From Camelus dromedarius (lineage: Eukaryota), in the NCBI RefSeq assembly GCF_036321535.1, contig NC_087436.1, forward strand, positions 44,332,001 to 44,396,000: DNA of 64,000 nucleotides. Direction: 5' to 3'. Position numbers and translations under genes: made by a program. Of the stretch, positions 50,396-61,606 are shown in pieces. The notes below the pieces were generated by a model, which had not been told where the DNA came from, searched no databases, and worked only from the letters and a program-made list of their open reading frames with translations. How positions within the stretch are numbered: the first letter of the stretch is position 1; the number at the start of each line of letters is the position of its first letter.

Positions 50396-51354
50396 ATTTT
50401 CATATATTTACATGTATCTATCTGCAGATATCATTCCTATTTCTAATAATGCTGTGTGCAGTGCCTTTCTCTAAGATCTTTTAGCTATCCTACTGGCTAC
50501 AGAGGGAAAACCAAAGCAATACAGATGCAACAGTTGATACTTGTTGCCCTCTAAGAATCAAACCCGATGTAAAAAAGTGTATGTTGGAAGAAAGCAGGCT
50601 GATCTCAGAAAAAAAAAATTGTGCCATGGGCAGTGTGCTTCTGGTATCATCCCACTGCTCATTCTGTGTATTCCACTCCTTCTCAACTCTTAGAGCCCCT
50701 CACATTCCCTCAAATATGATTTCCCAGGAACTTCCCTCCATTTTGTCTTATTTCTCAGAGTTTTGATGCTTCCTGTGTAACGATGAGTAAAAACAGATTG
50801 GGATTAACTTAGTTAACGTGGTAGTTAGCTAACCTGTACCTAATTCTGAGAAATGTAGCGCTAATACTAAGAGGAATAAACAATGATATTGACTACCAAA
50901 ACCATTTACCCACGTACACAGCTTGATAGTGAAGACTGCATCTACCTATCGGCTCCTTCTACGTAATCCACTCCCCCTGCCCTGGAAAAAAAAAGCAGAT
51001 GTGTGCCTTAACAGGACTACTGTTTCATGAGACTCTTGCCCAGGTTGATGGCTTCGTTGTTCATTCCGGGAACTGCCTTAAAGATCGACATATGGAAGGC
51101 ATCCTTGCATGGTTAGGTCTGGACAGTTGTAGCCTAATCTTTACCTAAATTTAACCAAACCCCCTAACTGAACACCATAAACCGAGCTTTCAACTCTCAA
51201 CAGATTTCGACCACAAGGTTAAATTTGCTCCCTTCAAGACACACGCGAAGCTCTGCTGAGGTTGTCTTTTCCCTCACTGAGATAAACAGTAAACTCAGCT
51301 CTTTGTCATATTGACAGTTTGTGTTAGTAATATTTGGGGAGCTGGGATTTGAGA

Positions 51355-51590
51355 ATAATAACAACCAGTATTTACACAGCACTTACTATGTGGGTGGGGG
51401 GTTCTGGGTGCACATGCGCGCGCGCGCACGCACACAAACACACACACACACATACATCATTTAATCCTCTATGAGGTAGGCATTGATATTATCCTCATAT
51501 TATACGTGAGGGAACAGGGGCCCAAAGAGGTGTTAAGTAGTTTGTCCAGTTGACACAGCTTCTTAAGTGGCTTTCTAAACTGCCTCTTGT
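51355..51590 (-). mobile_element. MIR SINE containing a (GC)n(CA)n microsatellite at 51408-51457
   Basis: AGCACTTACTATGTG..., CATTTAATCCTC..TGAGGTAGG..ATTATCCTCATATTATACGTGAGGGAACAG. Confidence 0.72.
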
Positions 51591-52626
51591 AGTATACCAC
51601 AGCAAAGAAACATGTCTTTAACAACTGTTAAAGTGAAGCTTATGGGACTATGATAGCAGACTTAGTCAGCTCATTGGCTACACCAACTCTGTCTACAATT
51701 ACAGAGGATTCTTGTATCTACTAAGAAACTCTGCTGTGCTTACCTCTAACCAAGAGAGGACTCACTCTTGGGAAAATGACTAGAGGCACAGAATCTACAG
51801 ATATAAAGCTCGCAACTTCATACTCTTGAGCTATGGGTCACATTCACTGCTGTAACATACAAATCGTCACCATGTTTCATTAATGGAAAGGATGGCTTGG
51901 TTAATCTTTTCTTGATATTCTGTCAATTCGCTATCAATGAGCTTCTAGGTAAATAATGCTGGTTACATCCCCTCCACCACAGTCTCTCTCCTAACCAGTG
52001 TTTGACAGTGCGAGCATTCCCTGCTATCAGAATTCATCAGATTTCTGGATTTGGATAGCAGAGGACACCTGTATGCTTCTTGGTCTTCTCCCTCTCATGA
52101 ATTAACCTTTCCATCTTTTTGTCTTGACTCTTGCTTTTCATGGTGCTATCCTAATTTTGCATTAGGTTCCTTTAGGTGCTGACTAGGTTGATGTATGTTT
52201 TGTGACCTCATCGTGTAGGGAATGAGCCTCTGTTGAATTGCTGTTTGATAAAGTGTTGCCTGAGAATGACACTCCTGGGACCATTTAGTTTTCTGGAAAC
52301 TAGGAGCAAGGAGTCTTGATACTCTTAAGGAATCAGTACAAAAGAAAACATAGGATAAAGTATAATGCATTTAGATATTTCTTATCCTACATTGTTGTGA
52401 AGTAAACTACCTCAATAGGATTTTAATTGTTTCTGTGTTATACATCTGCATATCTTATGTGTATATATTTACAGCCAGATATTCTAATACACAGTAGCAT
52501 ATTCTTCTTTCTAAAATATGCTCAAACTCTTTGTCTTCCTTCATCTACAAATAAAATCTGTAATGTGTTCTGGAGCTCAAAGCTCATGTCTCTACTTGTC
52601 ACACTCTCCTGCTGTAGTTTCTGGAA

Positions 52627-52790
52627 CAGGGTACCTTGAACATTAATGTGGGTGTGAACCACCAAGAGAACTAGTTAAAATACAGACCCTGATTCAGTGG
52701 GTCCAGGGTGAGGCCCAAGAGGCTGCCGTTCTCACCAGCTCACCAGTGATGCTGACAATGCTGACTCCTGAATCACACTCCGGAGCAGAG
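52627..52790. mobile_element. MER5A1-like hAT-Charlie DNA transposon
   Basis: GTTAAAATACAGACCCTGATTCAGTGGGTCCAGGGTGAGGCCCAAGA..CAGCTC..AGTGATGCTGA..CACACT. Confidence 0.72.
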
Positions 52791-53483
52791 AGATTCTAGG
52801 TTCTGGAGCCTTGTTACACTAGCAGATGACTGTTTGTTCTACTCATCACGCCGCTTAACAGTCTTTGATTTTTCTGCCCACTTGTCTTTGTCTAATGCTC
52901 TTGCACGTACACCTCTTTTCTCTGAGATCCATTTTATCTATAGAAATATAAATGAACCTGATAATTTTTTACAGGCACAGCTCCCGTTTAAAAACCTCAT
53001 CTCAGTGCCCTTGAAGGAGAATCCCTTGCTCTCCAATCTCCTGAGCAAATGCATTTCTTTGTGTCACACCCTTGCGAGAATTCTGAGCACTACGTGTCTC
53101 TTTGAGTGTGGCCATGTCACCCGGTGACACAGTGTAAGTCACTGAAGGAACCAGCACAGACTGGAGATGCTGTCCTTGGTTGAGGGGAATAACACTACTT
53201 ATAAAAGTACTGATTGATAAATGTATCCTAAGTGTTCCTTTTTCTACTAAAGAGAACACTGCAGTCTCAGAATGAACACATCAAGTAATTCTAGCATTTA
53301 AGAAATAAGGCGCAAGGCAGAGCATCCTGGCTGTCTGTAAATTAGAAATCATCCTGATTTCATCTGACTTTTCTGAACGTGTGCACTTCTGCAACATGAT
53401 TTGGGAGTGATTGATTGTTTTAATATTCAGTGACTCCCTAGAGAGGGCTAAATGACACACGAAAGAGTCATGAAATTTATACT

Positions 53484-53720
53484 CGTGGCGCCCCTGTGCC
53501 TTGGCCACGCGGGCCATGGGCTGCACGCACTGGAGCTGCGTGGCTGGGGCCGCAGTTAATCCCCGCTCCGAGTGTGGGCCCCTCCGCACCCACCGCGCTG
53601 CTCCGGGGACTGATTAAGCCTTCGGGCTCGCAGTAAGGACTTCCTGGCAGGGCTGCCGCTTGCTCTCCCGAAGTAAAAACCTCCGCTCACCTGGTTAAGC
53701 TGCCTAATCCTAAATCGGCT
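53484..53720. promoter_or_regulatory. Small orphan CpG-rich element (candidate enhancer/promoter)
   Basis: About 19 CpGs by manual count in ~235 bp of GC-rich sequence, in an otherwise CpG-depleted window. It contains TAATCC twice, TGATTAAGCC and TAAGCT. Confidence 0.6.
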
Positions 53721-56700
53721 TTTAAATTGTCATTTAACAACTCTGAGGCCCTCCAACAGGATTCTGTGCAGATCCCAAGGGAAATGAGGCCTAGGCTAAG
53801 TGAAAATGAACCAACAAAAGATTTAAAAATGGACAGCAGTCTTTACCCAAACTGTACTTTAATTTGTCTGAGAATTAAGGTCATACCTCATTTCAAACGA
53901 TGTGTGACCTTCAAACCTTATACAGTGCTATGTGACTATTTAAAAATCAAGTAATGAAACAAAAACTGCTTTCTACTATTTTCTCTGTCTTTAAAATTTA
54001 CTGATGACACATTATATCACTTTAAAAATTTTAACTTCTGCTTAAAACTTGGTATTTTCTTGCTTCTTATTTGCTTATTCAGCAGTCAATACACACTTTG
54101 GAAATATTTATGTTTTGTTATGAGAAGAACCATGCCCTTTTGAACATATTTTCCTCACTCTTGTAATGACATAAAAATAGTATTAGTGCACCTAGAAGAA
54201 GTTCTCAAATTTAAAACGCAAATCTCTCTATAAACCATCAATGTTCTGATTCAGCAGTTCTAGAATGAAGTCAGGAATCTATATTTTTATCAAACCCTCT
54301 GGCTCATTTTGATGCGCCCCTAAAACATTCTCTATATTTCTTATTGGAAAATGTTTCCCTTTTTTATTTAAAAGTTTCTTATCTGAAATAAAAGAGTAAA
54401 CCACAATCAAATAAAGCTCAGTGTTGGGGAGGGCATTGTAGTGGTGAAGGAAGGAGTCACCCAAATTGCTGATGAGCCATCACCCCCAGTGGCTCCACCA
54501 CACAACTGGGACTTGGCAAGAGCAGATCAGTGCAGAAGCATTCAAGGGAAGAGGGCAACTGGGAGTTCTGATGACTGATATTTTAAGGAGGGAATGATTT
54601 GAGTGGAGACCACATGGTTTAACTTACAATGAACCTGCAGGTTTTGAAAATTGCATGCTGGATTTCCTCATAAACATACATCAATCTTGGGGAACAGGAG
54701 GCTCTGCTCTTTGGTATGCAACCTTTTGGGAATTTTTTCTCATTCAGTATAAATACATAGAAAATATACATTGGAGTTGAGAATTTAAAAATGCAGAGAA
54801 ATAAAAAAATCTTTCAATAATTTAATAAAAAGCATCTGGGCAAATGTGAGCTCCAGTGACTTTCTATTTAAATTATGAAGCCTTTGAATTTAGTTTTAGG
54901 AGGATAGACACAGTGTCCCTTGGTATTCTCTCTCTTTCTTTCTCTCTCTCTCTTTTTTTTTTTAAACCTGCACATCATTTCAGAATAAAGTGGTAGCAAT
55001 TATTCTCAGGGACCCAAGCAAACAGTAGCCCTGAACAGGAAGATTGACGCATGGTATAGGGAGAAATTGGGCTTGCCAGCTGAAGCTCACTCTTAAGCAC
55101 TTGTCTTTTCCAATACAGAATTATACAGAGAAAAAAAGAAATATGAACACCCAGTGATATAAAAGTATTTTTTGTTCTTCTTTTTGGAATTAATAAAATA
55201 CACAAAATCTCTGGTTTGTCTTATAGGAAGTTTAGCAAGTTTCTGGGATTAAATGGCTTTCCTCTTCTGCGAAGGGTCTGATGTAAACCCTTGTACCAAG
55301 GCTTAAAGTCTTAAGGCTGTTAGAAGTTTCCATCAGTCAGTCTGTATGTCAGTGGATAAAATCACTTGCTGATCTAACCTATTTATTGCTCTCTGGAAAA
55401 ATGCGTCAAACTACACAAATATTTTTTAATGATGAAGGAGGGCTGGGGAAATAAAGGCTCCTCAGATGATAAAATTTGTTTTCTAAATGACAGCATTTTG
55501 GAGTAACGTTACCACAATGCTTTTCTCAGTAATTCTAAGTTTTATATTTGATAAAGCCGTAAAAAAGAGATCAGTTGTCTTTGGTAATCTATCTTTAGTT
55601 ATTTCCAAGTACTGAGGTATCTCTCATTTCCATGGTTAGAAAAGTTTGTGTTTAATGTGTATTCTTCTTGAAATAGTTGATTTTGAACATTCAAAAACAG
55701 ATGAATTAAGTGAAAGGACATAAAATTTGTTTTACTTTTTCTCTCTTTGTTCTCTTTTGGCTTGTTTGATACACATTTTAAATACTTGAAATATCTGCAT
55801 TTTATGGATACCGTATATTATGTCTAGAGGGATGTGTGCACTCTGTTAGTCAGCAATTATTTGACACTGCATACTGAACTGTGTACTATGCTCAGTGAAA
55901 TGTTAGCAAAGGGGCAGACAAGTGTAGAACACAAATAAAATGCCTAATCTGGCCTTGTCCTTGGCCTTGACCTTCCAGGGGTTTCTGTAGTATATTTGAA
56001 AACATATGATTATAGATCATAATAAGCTTGGTGGAAGGCATACAAGTATACATACACTTTGCATGCTGGTGAATTTCTAATAGGCTGCTCTTATAGTTCG
56101 TGTCACGAAGTTCACCAGAAGAATTTGCTAATGATTTAACAATGTTGTTGGAATTACTGGGTTACTTTTCAGTCTAGTTAGACTGGCAAACTTTCTGTGA
56201 AGCATTATAATCAACATGATTACATTTAGTTCCAATAATGGGGTTCCCAAAAGACTGGTCAGCTTCTCTTTATTATCTTGTTTTTACTATTGCTTCCAAA
56301 GTTATAGTACCTTTATTCAGGTATTCTCAGGAGCCAGTTATGACAATAGAAAATTAATTAATATCTATCTAAGCTGAATTTTGACATTTTCCTTCAGTTT
56401 GGACAACTGTGTCTCAGAACTGATTTAGTCTGTGTCTGCAGGACCAGGCAGATAAATGCTAATATTATTCACATTTCCCACTGTTATATATCTAAGTTTT
56501 TGACTTGAAAGCATATTAAAATAATGTATGATTGTGTACTTTAGAATAATGCAAGTTTTTGTGTATGAGCAAAAGATAAAAACAAAAAATAACAAACTTG
56601 GCTTTTCAAGTGAAATTTATTGATTAGAAGAAATTCCATCACTTTTGAAATACAAAACAGAAAGATGGTGGCTTTTGTATGTCTAAAATTTTCGTAAGCC

Positions 56701-58239
56701 AAACCCTGAGAATAATTCAGTTACTATGAGTTTCAGTCTGGAACTTCAGGAAATGCTTCGACTCTGATTGGCCCACTCGGTGTTATAAAAGTGGCCAGCA
56801 CTTCTTAGGAGAGAGGCTCATTCATATGTAGCATCTGGTTCAACATTTGCTTCATTATAGTAGTTTTTTTTCCTTTTAAACCTGGTATTAATTTCCTGCT
56901 GCTAGTTTTCTATCTCAGTTTAGAAGATCTTGGGGCTTGGGATATTGTATCTGCCTTCTTCCTTCCCTCCTCTCAAACCTCCAACCCAGATGTTGAAAAA
57001 CATGTTATTTGAATATAGGAAAGCTTATTTGCTTTTTCTTTAAAAGGAGCTTTGGTAAAAATGTAAAGTCTAGAGGAAAAAAAATAAAACCTTATTCAAA
57101 TTTATCAAAAGTTTTAAATATTAGATAAGTACTGAAATCGCCTTAAAGCTTAAAAAAAAATTAAACACTAAACTAAATGTTAGCCCAGATTCTAAAAAGA
57201 GAATAACTCACTATCCTATCACAGTAGGTGAGAGACTTATCCTCATTTAGTTTGTAAATAGTGCTTTGACAATGTATCTTTCCATAGATGTCAGTCACTT
57301 TAGTCTTAATGACTTGACTTCATGGTCCAGGGGGTCTGGAGTGCATCTCATCTCATCATGTTTATAGTCCAAGAAAACAAGCTAATAAAAGTTAGCTTGG
57401 TTAATTTTTTGTAGCTGATACTGTTAGTACAATGTAGAATTTTATATTTTGGAGAGGAGGGCAAAATCATGCTAGATAGAAAACAAATATTAAACTCCCA
57501 TAGCACAGAAACAAACAAAACAAAACACTGGCTAATCGCATAAGAAAATAGCTTCATGAGAGAGCCCTCAGCAGGGATCACCTTGCTTTGCTTTGGGAAA
57601 GGTTGGACCACCTTGTTTATGGTAGTATGTCCTTATTAACTTTCTTGAAACTTTCACCTTAACTTTTCCTCAGTACTTTTCATTTTAATCAATAATTTTA
57701 AGTGAAATATATTTTTTTTGGATAGAGTAGTTACTGAAGATTTAAAAATATATTTGGTTTATGCTAAGCTTCATAAAATACGTGGGAGGGCATGGGATCT
57801 TCACTAACATCAAAACCTGAATGTCTTATGACTGAGGAGACCATGCCTAAGATGTTATTCTAGTAAACTAACTGACAAGTATTTTACAGACCAAGCTAGG
57901 ACTTCATCTGTTTATTGTTATTTACCATAAAATTGGCTTTTGGTTAAAACATCTGAATTATTACAAAGAATATTACAAAAGAAAAACTTTAAAATGCATG
58001 GACAATTGCCAAAAAGTATTCTTGTGTGCTTTGGCCGTCTGTATGAAGATACCTTAACTTTGAAATTTCATTCATCATTTTGCCCAATAAAATTTTATTG
58101 TAATGCTATGTAGAAGCAGTAGGTGTTATAATATTAAAATTTTCAGCCTAAATGCCATTGATATAATTTTAGTAATCATAAGCTTCCAATGATAAAATGT
58201 TCTAGAGATGGTTTCATTTTTTTCCTCCAAAATAATGAG

Positions 58240-58660
58240 TTAGTAGAGCATTAGGATCTGACCATACATCTTACTACAAGTATAATTCTGGTGAGGAAGG
58301 TATCTGATTTCCAGCCTCAATTTTCTTAACTTTGAAAATGAGAGTAATAATAATACGTAATATTTATCAACTGCTTATTCTGTGCCAAATAACTGTTTTA
58401 AGTCCTTTATTGACTTTTTGCAACAATACTATGAAGTTGGTATGTTATAATTTCCATTTTACTGATGAGGAAACTGAGGCAAGAAAAGGGAAATAGTTTG
58501 TTATGCAGTTAATAAATAGCAGAGCCAGGATTTGAACCCAATAAATACTACTTCAGTTCATGTATTTTAAATCATTTAACCCCTTTGCACTAGGGTTATT
58601 CTGAGCATGTATTAAGGATTAGGATAGATACTCCAATAGGTAGTAGATGCTTCATATTTG
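58240..58660. mobile_element. Two MIRs in opposite orientation (minus-strand MIR ~58350-58575 inside or next to a plus-strand MIR)
   Basis: AGCCTCAATTTTCTTAACTTTGAAAATGAGAGTAATAATA (+ core) is followed by CCATTTTACTGATGAGGAAACTGAGGC...AGAGCCAGGATTTGAACCCA (- core). Confidence 0.7.
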
Positions 58661-59794
58661 TATACAGGTTCAGAAAAATCAATCTGTTTCCAAATTTACT
58701 TTAGCTTTTTTAAACATAGATTAAAGATTATGACATACAATATGAATCCTGGTGAATTTTAAAGAAGTGTAACAATTGAGATCCTTCCCAGTTAAACTGA
58801 ATTTCAAGTTTATTTTTATTTGTCTTAATATATTTTAGGTTTTTTGATTCTGAACCTGCATTAAAATGTGTAGAAATAGTCAACAGAAGAAAAAAGGATG
58901 TTGAAAAGAAAAAGAAAATATGAATTTATGAACTTAGTTTTGGGTTGCATATAAAGATATTAATTACTTAATTGATGCCAATTTTCATTGGGTTCACATA
59001 AAACCAAATAGATGTCAACAGTAGGCGTGCATAGTGATTAATTAATCAATATTAAGATTTTATTTAATAGCTTTTTATTGAGCATGATATGGGTATACCA
59101 TTTTTGAAGTCTCTGATATGGATACTTCATAATATTTTGCATCTTCATGGAAATAACAATACATTTCACCTTAAATTATTAAACTTCCTCTAATACTGAA
59201 TTTTATTGGGAAGAAATTGCTTGGTACACATAGATGAGATTGATGAATACAAAAATTCTTATTAGTGTGTTCTGCCATTTTTAGAACACCCACATCACCC
59301 CACCTGAGTGCGAGAAAATCTGTATCTCAATATGAGATTGAGAAAATGAACAAGGTAAAAAAGCCTTTAATACTTCCTTTTTTGTGAAACCTCATTTTCC
59401 CACATGGTGCTCTTTTTAGACAGTTAACTAGTATTATATTCTGCAAACAAATAACTCAAAGAATAAATCCTAATATAAACCATCACCCTACGTGCCTTCT
59501 GTTTGATCTTGTCTGACTTCTACTGCCAAAAGTGGATGTATTTTTTTTCTGACATCTATGGATGTTAAATTATAGTAAGGATAAGAAATTTATTTTGAAC
59601 TGTATATTTAAGGAGAACACCTTATTTAAAATTCAAAATAGGCAAGCACTTACTTATTTGCTTCTTTATTTAAGAATAGTGTTAAGGGAGAAACTGTGTT
59701 ATATTTTCATCCTCCTTTTCTGATCATTTCCTGCCCTTTCCAGTTCCCAGTGTTCTTGGGGTGCATAGAACTCCATTACTACTTGTGAAGGATT

Positions 59795-61199
59795 TTTTTT
59801 CTATTGTGATAAAATACACATAACAGTGATAAAATACACATAACATAAAATTTATCATTTTAACCATTTTTAAGTGTACATGTCAGTGGCATTAAGTACT
59901 TTCACATTGTTGTGTACCTATCACTACTATTTCTGTAACTTTTTCATAACCCCAAACAGAAACTATTTAAATAATAAACTCTCCTGCTCCTCCCTTCCCT
60001 TAGATCCCAGTAACCTCTGTTCTATTATCTGTATTTAAGAATTGGCCTATTCTAGATATCTCATGTAAATGGAATTATATAGTATTTTTCTTTTTATGTC
60101 TGGCTTATTTCACTTAGCATAATGTTTTCAAGGTTTATCCACACTGTAGCATGTATCAGGATTTCATTCCTTTTTTAAAATTTTATTTTTCATTGAAGTG
60201 TAATTGATTTACAATGTTAGTTTCAGGTGTACAGCCAAGCAATTCTGTTATACATATGCATACATATATAAATATATACATATATTTTCAGATTCTTTTC
60301 CATTATAGTTTATTAGAAGAAATTGAATATAGTTCCCTGTGTGATATAGTAGGTCCTTGTTGTTTATCTGTTTTATATATAATAGTGTGTACCTGTTAAT
60401 TCCAAACTCTTAATTTATCCCTCCCCCCTTTCCTTTTTGGTTACCATAGTTTGTTTTCCATGTCTGTGAGTTTATTTCTGGTTTGTAAATGAAATCTGTA
60501 TCTTTTTTCATATTCCACATATAAGTGATATCATATGATATTTGTCTTTCTCTGACTTACTTCACTTAATATGATATTCTATAGGTCCATCCATGCTGCT
60601 GCAAATGGTATTATTTCATTTTTTATAGCTGAGTAATATTCCATTGTATATATATAACACAACTTTTTATTCAGTCATCTGTTGATGGACATTTAGGCTG
60701 TTTCAATGTCTTGGCTATTATAAATAGTACTGCTATGAACATCAGGATACATGTGTCATTTCAAATTATATTTTTTCATTCCTTTTTAAGGGTAAGTAAT
60801 ATTCCATTGTATGTATATACCACATTTTATTATTATTTATTATTATTTATCTGCTCATCTATTTATGTACAACACTTGGGTTGTTTCCACCTTTGGCCAT
60901 TGTAAATAATGCTGCTATAAACATTGGTATAAAAGTATCTATTTGAATCCCTGCTTTCATTTCTTTTGGCTATTTACCTGGGAGTTAAGTTGCTACATCA
61001 TATGGAGATTCTGTACATAACTTTTTGAAAAATCACCAAGCTATTTTTCACAGCATTTTATACTTCCACCAACAATGCACAAAGGTATGTTTCTCCACTT
61101 CCTCATCAGTACTTATTTTCTGTTTGTTTTTGATGCTAATCATCCTAATGGATGTGAGTGGTATGTCATTGTGGTTTTGATTTGCATTTTCATAATGTT
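59795..61199 (-). mobile_element. L1MB-like 3' fragment (outer element)
   Basis: TAAAATACACATAACATAAAATTTA.CATTTTAACCATTTTTAAGTGTACA; CTGGCTTATTTCACTTAGCATAATGTTTTCAAGG. Perfect 13-bp TSD CTTGTGAAGGATT at 59782-59794 and 61200-61212. Confidence 0.9.
60176..60773 (-). mobile_element. Younger artiodactyl-type L1 3' end nested in the L1MB
   Basis: ATTGAAGTGTAATTGATTTACAATGTTAGTTTCAGGTGTACAG..TTTTCAGATTCTTTTCCATTATAG..TTCCACATATAAGTGATATCATA. 14-bp TSD TTTCATTCCTTTTT at 60162-60175 and 60774-60787, with a TTTTT/AA endonuclease site. Confidence 0.9.
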
Positions 61200-61487
61200 C
61201 TTGTGAAGGATTCAAGTGTTTTGACTAAGCTTTAATAAACTTTCCAAGAGCAGCACTGATATTCACCTGTCACAGGTTCTCAAGTTATTGAAAATCAAAA
61301 ATTTTTCCTTAAAACTTTCATCAGGGCAGGAAGGGCTAAGTATATGGGAGGCAACACAAGGGACATTAAAAATATGATTTATAAGTAAGCAGAGACTGAA
61401 TTCAAATCCACTCCCTCACTTGCAAGCAGTAAGTTCTTGAGCAAGTTTTTGTATAATGGAAATAATTACTGCTTATGGGAATATTAT

Positions 61488-61606
61488 GAGGCTTACGCAG
61501 AACTGTGCAACTATATTTGTTCTCTGCATCATCCCCAGCACTTATAACATTGCCTGGGATATTGTAGGTACTTAATATGTATTTGCTAAATGAATGAGTG
61601 AATGAT
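61488..61606 (+). mobile_element. L2 3' terminus
   Basis: TCCCCAGCAC...TGCCTGG...GTAGGTACTTAAT..TATTTGCTAAATGAATGAGTGAATGA (L2 TGAA-repeat tail). Confidence 0.75.

Noticed and set aside
53281..53589. 102-aa minus-strand ORF starting in the CpG patch
   Set aside because: It has a non-ATG start and no recognisable protein; openness is explained by local GC content.
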